IMG/VR virus record: IMGVR_UViG_3300029288_000154
Direction: 5' to 3' (one strand)
Length of the DNA stretch: 64,000 bases
DNA from: an uncultured virus (IMG/VR IMGVR_UViG_3300029288_000154)
Lineage: Duplodnaviria > Heunggongvirae > Uroviricota > Caudoviricetes
Below, one piece after another: positions 26,868 through 36,496 of this stretch; within the stretch, counting starts at the first letter, position 1; the number at the start of each line of letters is the position of its first letter. Position numbers and translations under genes: made by a program. The notes beneath the pieces were generated by a model. The model did not search any database. It saw nothing but the letters and a program-made list of their open reading frames with translations, and was not told where the DNA came from.

Positions 26868-27760
26868 CGTTTCCCAATTTCTGGAAGTTTAATCGCATCT
26901 CTTCCCGGAACCTTGATTCTCGCTTCATATCCTTTTTTAACATGAAGTGTCTTTGGTGATTCATAATCTTCACCAGCTTCCTTAGCTTTGTTGGCTTTCT
27001 TAGCATCATCCATATGTTTACGAGAAATCTCTGTTTCGATGACTTCTCTCAAGCGAGGAATCCAGTGAACAGGAACCGCAAATTCATCTTCTCCTAAAGC
27101 CTTGTCAAAAGCTTGGGTGTCGGTTTGAATGTGTTTGAATTTCTTTTTTTCAGATTCCAACTTGCTATTAGCTTTTGTCAACCATTCACCAATCTTCTTT
27201 TTCTTAGCATCTCCTGTCAAACGAATTCTCGCTCCAATGACAAACTTCTTGTAGAAACCTTCCATGATTCCAATTTCGATGACACGACACTGAGAGACTA
27301 ATAGAAACGCATTCTTTTTAGATTCTTTCTTCTCTTTCTTTGTCAATGTGGTTTCAACTTCTTTTCCACCTTCAATGTGACGAATTTCAGCATTTCCTAA
27401 CTTTCCAGCACGAAGACTTGTAATTCCTAAAGTGTAGAATTTTCCTTTTCCAATTCCGCCTGTCTTAGCTGCGGCTTGAATCAAACGGTCTGTGTATTTT
27501 GATTTGTATTTAGCTACAGCTTCGTCAATTGTAGAAGGCCCATCAATTGTAAACTTAGCTGGTTCGGATTCGGCAGTATCAACATTGACAGCATCTTTTG
27601 GAACGTCTTCAACCGGAACTTCAGCATCCGCTCCCGATTCAACAGCACCAATATCTTCAACGGAATCTGCTTTTTCAACAACCTTGTCATCAAGCTGTGT
27701 GTTAACAGGAATCTCTTCGGTTTCATTAAGAACTAAGGAAATATAATCACGAAATTTCAT
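26864..27760 (-). CDS. Probable head-packaged protein (acidic N-terminus, basic core)
   Basis: MKFRDYI...LNE leader; late promoter and SD upstream. Confidence 0.65.
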   Translation of the reverse strand: MKFRDYISLVLNETEEIPVNTQLDDKVVEKADSVEDIGAVESGADAEVPVEDVPKDAVNVDTAESEPAKFTIDGPSTIDEAVAKYKSKYTDRLIQAAAKTGGIGKGKFYTLGITSLRAGKLGNAEIRHIEGGKEVETTLTKKEKKESKKNAFLLVSQCRVIEIGIMEGFYKKFVIGARIRLTGDAKKKKIGEWLTKANSKLESEKKKFKHIQTDTQAFDKALGEDEFAVPVHWIPRLREVIETEISRKHMDDAKKANKAKEAGEDYESPKTLHVKKGYEARIKVPGRDAIKLPEIGKR

Positions 27761-27767
27761 AGGTAAT

Positions 27768-27786
27768 CCTCTTTGAACTATTTATG
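27768..27786 (-). promoter_or_regulatory. T4-like late promoter plus SD
   Basis: Minus strand CATAAATAGTTCAAAGAGG, identical to 42232-42250 on plus. Confidence 0.8.
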
Positions 27787-27890
27787 TTGTATATTTCCTT
27801 TAGAAAAAATAATGAGCCAAAGATAATAGATTACGCTTGGAATAATTATAAACGAGGAAATAACAAAACAACAAAAATAAAAATTTCGGC

Positions 27891-27919
27891 TTGACTTGTA
27901 AAAAATAATGGAGTAATAT
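27891..27919 (+). promoter_or_regulatory. sigma70-type promoter (GCTTGACTTG class)
   Basis: TTGACT-17-TAATAT; ATG begins 7 nt after the -10 box. Confidence 0.75.
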
Positions 27920-27925
27920 AAAGGT

Positions 27926-28924
27926 ATGAGCAATTCTAAGTTTATTTCCGACGAATTTGATTTGGCATATGATGATGTGTTAATCAATCCTGTGTTCTCA
28001 ACTATTATTTCACGTTTTGGTTCGGACGTAAATCCATACTATGAAGGAAAACTTCCGGTTGTTTCTGCTCCAATGGATTCGATTGTTTGTAAGAAGTTTT
28101 CCGAAGCAACCAAAGACAAAATTTACGCGGTTTTTAGTCACCGTTTCCAAACAAAAGAAAAGCAAATTCAAGACCTAAAAGATGGTGCTAATGGAGCGGT
28201 GATTTGCCTTCAGACTCCCGACGAAGAGATTTTAGAATATTTGGAAAATGGAGCCAAACATATTCTTCTTGATGTTGCTAATGGCGGGAACATTGCGGTT
28301 GTTGAAAAGCTAGATGACATTCAATGGGTTCGTGAAAAGGCAAAGTTGTGGGCAGGAAATGTTGCCAACGGATTGTCATATTTTCATTTGAGAGAATTGT
28401 GCGATTTTGTTTGTGTAGGAATAGGCAACGGCGCGGCATGTTCGACGAAAATCCAAACTTCTTGCGGACGGTCTTCACTTTCATCAATTCTAGAATGTGC
28501 TGAATTTTATCATGAAGGTTTTGCTAAGATTGTTGCTGACGGCGGAATTAAACAAAATGGTCACATCTGCACGGCACTCGCAGCCGGAGCACACCTTGTA
28601 ATGCTTGGAAGTCGTTTCGCTTCTTGTGAGGAATCAGCATCAGAATTGGTAATTGGTGATAGATGTAATTACAAGAAATATCGAGGAATGGCATCCAGAG
28701 AAGTTAATGAAGAAGCGGGAAAACAAAACTTTTCGGTTGAAGGCGAGTCCGGTCTAATTCCTTGTATTGGTTCTGTTTCGGAAATGCTTTCACAAATTGA
28801 CGCAAATCTAAGAAGTTCAATGTCATACGTTAACGCAAGAACATTAAACGAGTTTTCATCGAACGCAAAGTTTGTTAGAATATCTCAAAATGCTACGAAC
28901 GAAAACAAAACAATTTTTAGATGA
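27926..28924 (+). CDS. IMP dehydrogenase / GMP reductase family protein without CBS domains
   Basis: YDDVLI.P, SAPMD, DVANG, AGNVA, VGIGNGAACST, ADGGI, YRGMAS, EG, LRSSMSY. Confidence 0.9.
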   Translation: MSNSKFISDEFDLAYDDVLINPVFSTIISRFGSDVNPYYEGKLPVVSAPMDSIVCKKFSEATKDKIYAVFSHRFQTKEKQIQDLKDGANGAVICLQTPDEEILEYLENGAKHILLDVANGGNIAVVEKLDDIQWVREKAKLWAGNVANGLSYFHLRELCDFVCVGIGNGAACSTKIQTSCGRSSLSSILECAEFYHEGFAKIVADGGIKQNGHICTALAAGAHLVMLGSRFASCEESASELVIGDRCNYKKYRGMASREVNEEAGKQNFSVEGESGLIPCIGSVSEMLSQIDANLRSSMSYVNARTLNEFSSNAKFVRISQNATNENKTIFR

Positions 28925-29094
28925 CAACCAAAATAATTAAATCTTGTTCTAAAATTTATCTAATGGAACTTGGTTTTGTTCCTGGAACAGAAGTTACAAT
29001 AATCACCAAAGTTTTCGGAATCATTGTTCTTTATTTTCGAGGAACTAAATACGCTCTAAGAACCGAAGATTTTTATTCGTTAACTTTTTATTAA
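28921..29094 (+). CDS. feoA: FeoA-like SH3 domain protein (57 aa)
   Basis: Hand translation LMELGFVPGTEVTII...IVLYFRGTKYALR. Confidence 0.75.
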   Translation: MTTKIIKSCSKIYLMELGFVPGTEVTIITKVFGIIVLYFRGTKYALRTEDFYSLTFY

Positions 29095-29175
29095 CATTTT
29101 TCCAAACATACAACCCACCCAAACTACTGTCTTTTATTTTCTCCAAACCAAATACAAATCTTAAAAACATTTCGC

Positions 29176-29204
29176 TTGACTTGGAAAAAATATTGAAGTA
29201 TAAT
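29176..29204 (+). promoter_or_regulatory. sigma70-type promoter (GCTTGACTTG class)
   Basis: TTGACT-17-TATAAT. Confidence 0.8.
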
Positions 29205-29230
29205 AATATCTCCAACCAATTGAGGCAAAC

Positions 29231-29866
29231 ATGTGTCAAACAGATAAATCCGGAAAGAGCGAAGGTTCGTGCTCTCGTCCATCTAAATCGCCCGCTTATT
29301 TCTATGTTGAATTTCTTGGCATTAAAGAACGCGAGATTGACACCAACAAACTTATGGGTGGCGAATCTGATTCAGGAGAAGAGTGGAAGAAAGCTCTAGG
29401 CGAAGGAAATCCACTAACAGACGGGCTTCCTAAAAAGTTTAAGATTCCGGAAGGCGACGTTTTCGGAACTACAATTTACGCAGAAAGCGGATTGTTCGTC
29501 CCGTCGGCAATTATTGACTATTTGAAATCTTCATTTAATTTGGACAAAGTTTCGTTCCAGTTAATTCATAAGATTTCTAAAGAAGAATATCAAGCGGAAT
29601 TGGAGTATCAACAGCATCAAGAAGAATATAGGGAAATGTATAAGAAGCTTGAAGATGCGGTCAAAGCTAAGTCAGAAGAAAAGAAAACCGAAAAGAAAGA
29701 AGTCAAACTCAAGTATGATGTCCGGGACGAATTGGACAGTTTGATTTCATCGGTTGAATCTGGAAGACTACATGTTATTGGACCGGCGGCAGATGAACCC
29801 GATTTTGAAAAACCACCTTCTGATGATGATTTGCTTGGTGGAAATTTTGAATGGGGAGATGAATAA
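29231..29866 (+). CDS. Hypothetical acidic protein
   Basis: 211 aa, GAGG SD, own promoter. Confidence 0.65.
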   Translation: MCQTDKSGKSEGSCSRPSKSPAYFYVEFLGIKEREIDTNKLMGGESDSGEEWKKALGEGNPLTDGLPKKFKIPEGDVFGTTIYAESGLFVPSAIIDYLKSSFNLDKVSFQLIHKISKEEYQAELEYQQHQEEYREMYKKLEDAVKAKSEEKKTEKKEVKLKYDVRDELDSLISSVESGRLHVIGPAADEPDFEKPPSDDDLLGGNFEWGDE

Positions 29867-29867
29867 C

Positions 29868-30062
29868 ATGAGTAAATGTAGCGAGTGTCCTTATTCAAGT
29901 GGTGGAAGTAGAGATTCGTTGAGTGATATTTGTGACGGATGTCGAAACGACTCAGATACTGGATGGGGCGGATTCACAGACCATAGTATTGGAAAACATT
30001 TTTACACCTAATATGAACGCGAAGAATATCTACGGAACGTTTTTGATGATGAGGAAGAATAA
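29868..30062 (+). pseudogene. Small Cys-rich protein with in-frame TAA at 30009
   Basis: MSKCSECPY...CDGC...HFYT-stop-YEREEYLRNVFDDEEE. Confidence 0.45.
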
Positions 30063-30064
30063 GA

Positions 30065-30322
30065 ATGCCAATAATTGAATATGTTTGTGACGATTGTCAT
30101 CACACGGAAGAAATCTTTTACAAACAAAAATTTGATGATATTGTTCACCCAACAAACTGCCCGAACTGTTCTTCAGAAAAATACCACAACACTTTGCCGT
30201 CTTCATTTCTTTTCGATGTAGTCGATGGTTCAGCTTACAATGGTGGATACAAAGACTATAAAAGCCGAATGGGTGTAGAGGACCAAGTGAAAGTTCTAAA
30301 TGGCCAGAAAGACCCGTGGTGA
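30065..30322 (+). CDS. FmdB-type zinc-ribbon protein
   Basis: MPIIEYVCDDC...CPNCSS. Confidence 0.8.
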   Translation: MPIIEYVCDDCHHTEEIFYKQKFDDIVHPTNCPNCSSEKYHNTLPSSFLFDVVDGSAYNGGYKDYKSRMGVEDQVKVLNGQKDPW

Positions 30323-30597
30323 AAATTTCGCTTTATATATTCGAAGAAAAATATGATACGGTGTATGAGTTGGGTAATATAAAAATTCAGCACGAACTAA
30401 TCTGTTTTGATACTGATAATATCGGTTGTCATGCTTCTTCTGAGGCAACGTGTTTTGTATCAACAATAGGATTGAGTGAAACTTTTATAGAAAACATAAA
30501 AGGAATGGTTGAACCTATTGAATATTTCAATGCTGCAAAGATTGTAACTCCAAACTTCTACAAACGGATGAAATTCAAAATAGATTATGAAGATTGA
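30319..30597 (+). CDS. MKI-family protein, Cys-motif subgroup
   Basis: KISLYI...GCHASSEATCF...NFYKRMKF. Confidence 0.65.
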   Translation: MKISLYIFEEKYDTVYELGNIKIQHELICFDTDNIGCHASSEATCFVSTIGLSETFIENIKGMVEPIEYFNAAKIVTPNFYKRMKFKIDYED

Positions 30598-30847
30598 ATT
30601 GGTTGTAACAGACGACACATCTTATGTAAAATTAAAGAACAACATTTTGGTTACTCTTGGAAGGGATGCCAGCGGATGTTTATGTTCTAGCAAATCATCG
30701 TGTTTTATTATAAATAAAGAATCACAAAATGCGTATATCTCATCTATTAAACATAATGGCTCGTTTTACACTTATGAACAAATATTCAAACAAACTGTTA
30801 ACAGAGACTTCTACAGAAGAATGAAATTTCCTATTGACAAAATATGA
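30587..30847 (+). CDS. MKI-family protein, Cys-motif subgroup
   Basis: MKIELVV...GCLCSSKSSCF...DFYRRMKF. Confidence 0.65.
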   Translation: MKIELVVTDDTSYVKLKNNILVTLGRDASGCLCSSKSSCFIINKESQNAYISSIKHNGSFYTYEQIFKQTVNRDFYRRMKFPIDKI

Positions 30848-31083
30848 AAATAGAACTAAAAATAACAAAATCTACAATCTATAACAGAAAAATTAAAAAT
30901 CTTTTATTGGTATGCCCAACACACAAAGGTTGTATTTGTTCAACAAACGCATCGTGTTTTTTATTAAACAAATATAGTCAAGACGCATTCGTGTCTGAGG
31001 TCGCTAATTATGTCGATATATTTCTACACGAGGTTCAACGAAATTTCTACCGTCGGATGAAATTTAACTTAGATAAGATTTGA
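30844..31083 (+). CDS. MKI-family protein, Cys-motif subgroup
   Basis: MKIELKI...GCICSTNASCF...NFYRRMKF. Confidence 0.65.
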   Translation: MKIELKITKSTIYNRKIKNLLLVCPTHKGCICSTNASCFLLNKYSQDAFVSEVANYVDIFLHEVQRNFYRRMKFNLDKI

Positions 31084-31148
31084 GAAAGAAAAGATGAACG
31101 ACTGATAATCTTTTCTTATTATACAAACCAGTCAAACAGAGAGAATAT

Positions 31149-31772
31149 ATGAACCTTGATACTATTGTGAAGAACCAAAACCAAACTATTAGAAATCGTT
31201 CAAACTTGAGAAACATTGGAATTGATATTGACAACACGCTGTTTTACATTCCTATTGTAGAATATGTGAATGAAAAGTTTGGAGAGAGTTACAATCATTA
31301 TGATATTAGTGATTGGTCTTTTTCAAACCTTCCTGAGCACATTCGTCAGGATATTTTCCAGCAGTTTAAGAATCCTGATTTCATGTGTCGCCTTCACAGT
31401 CTTCCGGGAGCGTTTTCTACCATCCGCGATTGGCATTCCGCTGGCCATCGTATTTTTCTTATCACCTCCAGAGACTTTTCAATTCGCCGTCAAACAGAAG
31501 ATATGATTCGTAAGGAGTTTCTTGACTTGGTAGAAGAAGTTGGATTTGTTGGTCATGATAACAAGAAAGCGGCTCTAAAGTATTACCGTATCACCGATTT
31601 CATTGATGACTATTGTGTTGAAGATGGGTTGGAATTGAAGATTAACACTTGGCTGATTACAAACGAAAAGACTGTTTATAATCACTCCAAGCGAACTGAT
31701 ATGCGTTTGAATCAAGCTGCTGCACTTAAACATGTAAGGTTGCTAAATGACCATCGCGCTATTATTCATTAA
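31149..31772 (+). CDS. HAD-family 5'(3')-deoxyribonucleotidase
   Basis: IGIDIDNTL, LITSR, K, FIDD, YN. Confidence 0.85.
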   Translation: MNLDTIVKNQNQTIRNRSNLRNIGIDIDNTLFYIPIVEYVNEKFGESYNHYDISDWSFSNLPEHIRQDIFQQFKNPDFMCRLHSLPGAFSTIRDWHSAGHRIFLITSRDFSIRRQTEDMIRKEFLDLVEEVGFVGHDNKKAALKYYRITDFIDDYCVEDGLELKINTWLITNEKTVYNHSKRTDMRLNQAAALKHVRLLNDHRAIIH

Positions 31773-31917
31773 CATTCTTTTGCTCCTGTTTTTAATTAGA
31801 ATTGTATTGGTTCTTGTTAATAAACTGGATAAACTGAACGACACTAACAAAGATTTCCATAACAAGAACGCAGACTTGTGGAAAGAAACTGCTGAAATTC
31901 TGCGAAACTATCTCTAA
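31747..31917 (+). CDS. Small membrane protein (56 aa)
   Basis: Hand translation MTIALLFINILLLLFLIRIVLVLV... Confidence 0.5.
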   Translation: MTIALLFINILLLLFLIRIVLVLVNKLDKLNDTNKDFHNKNADLWKETAEILRNYL

Positions 31918-31946
31918 ACCCCACAATCAAAAAGGACAAATAAACA

Positions 31947-33080
31947 ATGCCTAGCGTATCAGAAATCAAGAACATTTTCGAAAAGACTCCAATCAAGCAG
32001 CCTATCCTTCTCAGGGGCGGTCACGGAATTGGTAAGTCGGAAATCTTCACGCAGATTGGAACAGACCTTGGTTACGACCGCGTAATTACTCTGTTTCTTG
32101 GTCAGGCAGCAGATGCGGGTGATATTATCGGTCTTCCAACTCGTATTCCGGTTGTTGTTGACGGCGAAGAAACTTTTATGACGGATTTCGCTCCTCCTAA
32201 GTGGTGGCCGCGAAATCAGGACGAAAAGGTTATCATCTTCCTTGATGAGCTTAACCGTGGAAAGCCAGAAATCATGCAGTGTGTGATGGATATGGTTCTA
32301 AATCGTGTTTTGAATGGCCGTCGTCTTCCTCCACACACCCGTATTGTTGGAGCAATGAATCCAATGGATGATGGGTATTATCAGGTTGAAGACCTTGACC
32401 CAGCATTCATTGACCGTTGGAACATTTATGATTTCACTCCTTCTGTTGAAGAGTGGTGTGATTGGGCGTTCAACAACGGAATCAATCCGCTTGTTCGCAC
32501 ATTCATTGCTCACCACCCTGACCATCTCGATCCTCCCAATTCGAAAGATAAGACAACGAAGTCGCAGGATGTTAACCCATCGCGTCGTTCTTGGGTCCGT
32601 ATTTCCGATACTCTGAATGCCGCGCCTGAACTTCTTGATGCTAAGAATCTTTCGACGCTCGTTAACATGGTTATGGGTGTTGTTGGTTCGCGGTCAACTT
32701 CTCAGTTCAGGAAGTTTGTGAAGGAAATTAAACATTCTTACACGCCAGACATCATTCTTGAAAAGTGGGATGATGAAGTTAAGAAGGGTATCGGGGCGAT
32801 GCAGATTCTTGATACTATGCAGGTCAACCAGTCAATTGAGTATTACATTCGTGAGAAGTTTGACAAGCTGAAGAAGAGTAAGCAGGATTCGCAGATGATT
32901 GCTTTGAATCTTCAGAACTATCTTGAGACAATTTCTCCGGAAGTTGCCGCCGATTTCTTTGACCGTCTTTCGCGAGCAAATAATCAGAAAGAGCCTTGGC
33001 CTAATCTGATTTGTGCAGCAAACGCAAATCTTGGAAAACGGTTCATCAAGGTTATGCGCGGCGAAGAACTCGAATCGTAA
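31947..33080 (+). CDS. MoxR-like AAA+ ATPase
   Basis: GGHGIGKS, FLDELNR, GAMNP, LDPAFIDR, PSRRSW. Confidence 0.9.
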   Translation: MPSVSEIKNIFEKTPIKQPILLRGGHGIGKSEIFTQIGTDLGYDRVITLFLGQAADAGDIIGLPTRIPVVVDGEETFMTDFAPPKWWPRNQDEKVIIFLDELNRGKPEIMQCVMDMVLNRVLNGRRLPPHTRIVGAMNPMDDGYYQVEDLDPAFIDRWNIYDFTPSVEEWCDWAFNNGINPLVRTFIAHHPDHLDPPNSKDKTTKSQDVNPSRRSWVRISDTLNAAPELLDAKNLSTLVNMVMGVVGSRSTSQFRKFVKEIKHSYTPDIILEKWDDEVKKGIGAMQILDTMQVNQSIEYYIREKFDKLKKSKQDSQMIALNLQNYLETISPEVAADFFDRLSRANNQKEPWPNLICAANANLGKRFIKVMRGEELES

Positions 33081-33090
33081 TTCTTAAAAA

Positions 33091-33126
33091 TGTGGGAGTA
33101 GAGAAATCTACTCCTACGTTATTTTT
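33091..33126 (+). terminator. Hairpin/terminator between MoxR and vWA genes
   Basis: TGTGGGAGTAGA-GAAA-TCTACTCCTACG then T-rich. Confidence 0.6.
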
Positions 33127-33158
33127 ACATCTATATTTCATTAACAAAAAGGAAATAA

Positions 33159-34508
33159 ATGGCCGACTTAAACAAAGCTAAAAAGCGGATGGACAAAATT
33201 GTTGTAAATTGGTTTGTCCAAGACCCGATGCTACTTGGTGCTTGGTCGCTGACAGAAAAGATTCCATGTAAAGATACAAAAAATATCGGAATCGATTCTC
33301 GTAGTCAACCCCCATGTATTCGTTACAATCCAAACTTCATCAATTCCCTGAACGATGAAGTTCTTGAACACGTCATGGCATCTCAGAGTTTTAAGATTCT
33401 TCTTCGTCACGCAACGACTCGTATTAAGAAGCCTAAAGAAGTTGCGGGCCTTGCTTCTGACATCACTGTTAATCAGATGTCTATGAAGAATCTTCCAAAC
33501 ATCGATGGTATTATGGACATCATTCCAATGCCTGGAAAATTCAATCTTGAGAAAAATCAGTGGCTTGAAAAGTATTATCGGGATATGATGGACAAACTCG
33601 ACGAAACCAACGAAGATATCAACAAGATGTTTGGACCAAAGAAACAAAATTCTCCGGGCCAAAATCCTGGTGGACAATCGGGCCAAGGTGGAGAGGATGG
33701 TGACGAAGAATCTGATGGTCAAGGTTCTGGTAGTCAACAGGGAGATGAAGAGGGTGACGCCCAAGGTTCGGGAGATTCAAATCTTGATGAAGACGGTTTC
33801 CAGAAAGTTGGAAGTCAAAAAGAATCTCTGAAAGAAATGATGGACCCTCGCGGGGAAACCAACAAGAATTGGGGAGAAAACGTCGTTCTCGATGCTGATG
33901 TTCAGAACATGGTCAACGAGAAAAAAGGTTCCTCTAAGATGTGGGGAAAATTCACCGCAGATTTCCTTGGAGATATTGTTGCGGCAAACACCCCAAAAAT
34001 CTCTTGGAAAGAAATCATTCGTCGGTTCAACACTTCCGTTGTTACAACCAGCACGGTTTCTACACGAAAGAAGGCGAATCGTCGTTTCGATCTTGATGCT
34101 CCTGGACGGCGGAGAGTATATACCACAAAAATCATTTTCGCAGTGGACGTTTCGGGTTCCATGAGTGATGATGATTTGGCCGAAGGTTTCGCGGTTATCA
34201 ACTCTGTCTGTCGTCACGCCGAAATCGAATATGTTCTTTTCGATACAGAAATCAAGCTGGTTGAAAAGAAGATGAAGAAGGCGAAAGACAAGTTCAAGGT
34301 TAAGGGTCGTGGAGGCACTGATTTTGAAATGATGTGTCGTTACGCCGATGACCACAAAGCTGATGGAATGATTATTTTCACAGACGGTGATGCTCCAGCT
34401 CCAAATCCTCCAAAGAGTTGTAAAGTTCTTTGGCTGCTTACGAGCAAAGACAACAAGCCGCCAGTCGAGTGGGGATTTTCCGCCCATTTGGATAGAAACG
34501 AATCGTAA
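33159..34508 (+). CDS. DUF2201-type metallopeptidase-like / vWA domain protein
   Basis: YNPNF, ASDITVNQ, G/Q/D-rich linker, ISWK, DVSGSM MIDAS, GRGGTDF, FTDG. Confidence 0.9.
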   Translation: MADLNKAKKRMDKIVVNWFVQDPMLLGAWSLTEKIPCKDTKNIGIDSRSQPPCIRYNPNFINSLNDEVLEHVMASQSFKILLRHATTRIKKPKEVAGLASDITVNQMSMKNLPNIDGIMDIIPMPGKFNLEKNQWLEKYYRDMMDKLDETNEDINKMFGPKKQNSPGQNPGGQSGQGGEDGDEESDGQGSGSQQGDEEGDAQGSGDSNLDEDGFQKVGSQKESLKEMMDPRGETNKNWGENVVLDADVQNMVNEKKGSSKMWGKFTADFLGDIVAANTPKISWKEIIRRFNTSVVTTSTVSTRKKANRRFDLDAPGRRRVYTTKIIFAVDVSGSMSDDDLAEGFAVINSVCRHAEIEYVLFDTEIKLVEKKMKKAKDKFKVKGRGGTDFEMMCRYADDHKADGMIIFTDGDAPAPNPPKSCKVLWLLTSKDNKPPVEWGFSAHLDRNES

Positions 34509-34513
34509 AATCC

Positions 34514-34540
34514 AAAGGCGGAACCAAAAATCCGCCTTTT
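34514..34540 (+). terminator. Intrinsic terminator
   Basis: AAAGGCGGA-ACCAAAAA-TCCGCCTTTT. Confidence 0.75.
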
Positions 34541-34551
34541 CATAACTTACA

Positions 34552-34751
34552 ATGAAGATAAAATTCCTAATAAGAACCAATTCAAATTTAACAGTTTTTG
34601 TTACTAAATGGTTATTGTTTTCTATCAAACACGACAAACTTTCTTATAGGTTTTTTATGACAAAGGTTTTCAAGATGCGCGTGACTCCCGCAAAGACATT
34701 CCCGAAAACTTAAATTTCTTCCGAAGAATGAAACACCACAAGGAAAAATAA
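34552..34751 (+). pseudogene. Frameshifted MKI-family gene
   Basis: MKIKFLI...; adding one T to T6 at 34651-34656 restores frame to FFRRMKHHKEK. Confidence 0.5.
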
Positions 34752-34752
34752 A

Positions 34753-35355
34753 ATGAAAAGAATCCAAAGAAAATGTCAGGATTGTGGGAATATGTTGGTT
34801 GGTGCTGAACTAACCGTTGGTCCTATTACACGATGTTTTAAGTGTAGCAATATTGAACAAGAACGAGACAGAATTAAGAATTCAGAACAAAAACAACCAT
34901 TGAAAACTATTCTGAAAAAGATTAGTGATAATAAAAAAATAGTTTTTGTTTCAGATGTTAAAATTCCGTTGGATAAAGAACAATTTCTAACACAAGTATG
35001 TTCAACTTTGGAAACGGATTTGTTAGTAATAACGAGTAGCGGATATATGACGGTGTTGGACTATCAACAATATGATTTATATTTTAATAATCCAATAGAT
35101 AATCCAATTAAAGACTTGTTGTATGATAAGGCAATATGGTGTAGTTCGTTGTCTAAATATGGAACGACCTTGTTCATCCAGTGCGATTGTTCACACCCGG
35201 AATTTACTTTGTCACAAATTCAATTTGATAAAAATAACAAAAATGTCAAAATAAACAATTTAATGCTTGATAACGATTTTTTGTTATATGTCTATGATAA
35301 AATGGAAGTTGATGAACGAGACCTTTACGAAAAACTTAAAAAGAAATATAATTAA
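34753..35355 (+). CDS. Hypothetical protein with N-terminal zinc finger
   Basis: CQDC...CFKC. Confidence 0.6.
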   Translation: MKRIQRKCQDCGNMLVGAELTVGPITRCFKCSNIEQERDRIKNSEQKQPLKTILKKISDNKKIVFVSDVKIPLDKEQFLTQVCSTLETDLLVITSSGYMTVLDYQQYDLYFNNPIDNPIKDLLYDKAIWCSSLSKYGTTLFIQCDCSHPEFTLSQIQFDKNNKNVKINNLMLDNDFLLYVYDKMEVDERDLYEKLKKKYN

Positions 35356-35388
35356 ACCGTTAGCGACATAAGTAAAAGGAAAAATAAA

Positions 35389-36282
35389 ATGAAAAATATA
35401 TTGGTTCTTCCAGGCGGCGGTGCTAAAGGTTATCTACAACTTTCGGTTCTTGTCTATCTTGAGAAACTTCTAAAGAAGCCGATTTCCCAATATTTTGATT
35501 TGATTGCTGCTACTTCTGTCGGTGGATTGAATGGTGCTGTTCTTGCTTCGGGGAAAGTTTCAGCAGAAGAATATTTTGAAGACTTCCAGCCAATCTGTTC
35601 GAAGACATTTACTAAAAACTATCTTCTTCGTCCTCCACTTATTAGTCCGATTTATTCTACCAAACATGTTATGAAATATGCTGATAAAGTTTTTGGTGAC
35701 AAACTGATGAATTCTCTGAAGACTAAGTTGCTAATAACTTCTGTTTCGGAATTGGATGAAAGAACCCATTTCTTTAAGAGTTGGGAAGAAAAAGATGGAA
35801 ATGAAAAGATTGTAGATGTTCTTCCGAGGACATTCGCCGCGCCCTATTTTTTCGGTCACAACATTGATGAAAAGAATCGGCAAGTCTGGATGGATGGTGC
35901 GACAGGTTTGAATAATGACCCAACAGATTTCGCTTTCATAGAAGCCGGTAGACAGGGTTGGGACAAATTTCGAATTCTTGTGATTGGAACTGGATATTCG
36001 AAAGAACCAGTGGGAACTTTTCATGATGTTAAAGAACACGGGCAGTTGAAACAAATACTAAAGTTTCTCGACCCTCTTTCTGGAGGTTTGGCGAGAGCAC
36101 AGTATGAAGAACAACAGAAGAATCGTTATGTTGCTGAGGCATTGAAGAATCCAAATTTCAAATATGATTATGTGAACATCGAAATCACTAAAGAAATGGA
36201 TGTTATGGATTATACTGATTTGGATGAGTATGATGTATTTGCTGAAATGATGAAAGCCAAATTATCATCTTTGGAATTGTGA
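35389..36282 (+). CDS. Patatin-like phospholipase
   Basis: GGGAKG, ATSVG nucleophile elbow, AAPYFF, DGA. Confidence 0.9.
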   Translation: MKNILVLPGGGAKGYLQLSVLVYLEKLLKKPISQYFDLIAATSVGGLNGAVLASGKVSAEEYFEDFQPICSKTFTKNYLLRPPLISPIYSTKHVMKYADKVFGDKLMNSLKTKLLITSVSELDERTHFFKSWEEKDGNEKIVDVLPRTFAAPYFFGHNIDEKNRQVWMDGATGLNNDPTDFAFIEAGRQGWDKFRILVIGTGYSKEPVGTFHDVKEHGQLKQILKFLDPLSGGLARAQYEEQQKNRYVAEALKNPNFKYDYVNIEITKEMDVMDYTDLDEYDVFAEMMKAKLSSLEL

Positions 36283-36494
36283 TGAAATTAACAACCTATC
36301 TGATAGACGGAAGAGCCGACAGACGAGCCTACGGTTTTTGGCGCGTTTCCAACAATTATAATTTTTTCGCAAGCACTTGGAACCGTTGTTATTTAGTTTT
36401 GTTTCAATCAAAAAATAAAGTTTGGGCTTCTAAATTAGGGAACCAAAAAAGAATTGAGAAAATATTTTCCAACATGGAACCAACAAATAGGTAA
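36282..36494 (+). CDS. Small MKI-family protein
   Basis: MKLTTYL...QKRIEKI. Confidence 0.55.
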   Translation: MKLTTYLIDGRADRRAYGFWRVSNNYNFFASTWNRCYLVLFQSKNKVWASKLGNQKRIEKIFSNMEPTNR

Positions 36495-36496
36495 AT

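Noticed and set aside
33231..34637. Long antisense ORFs 33231..33764 and 33777..34637
   Set aside because: Shadows of the GC-richer vWA gene; no motifs, SD or promoter
35389..36282. CBASS-type defence system around the patatin
   Set aside because: No cyclase or other CBASS gene adjacent; stand-alone patatin
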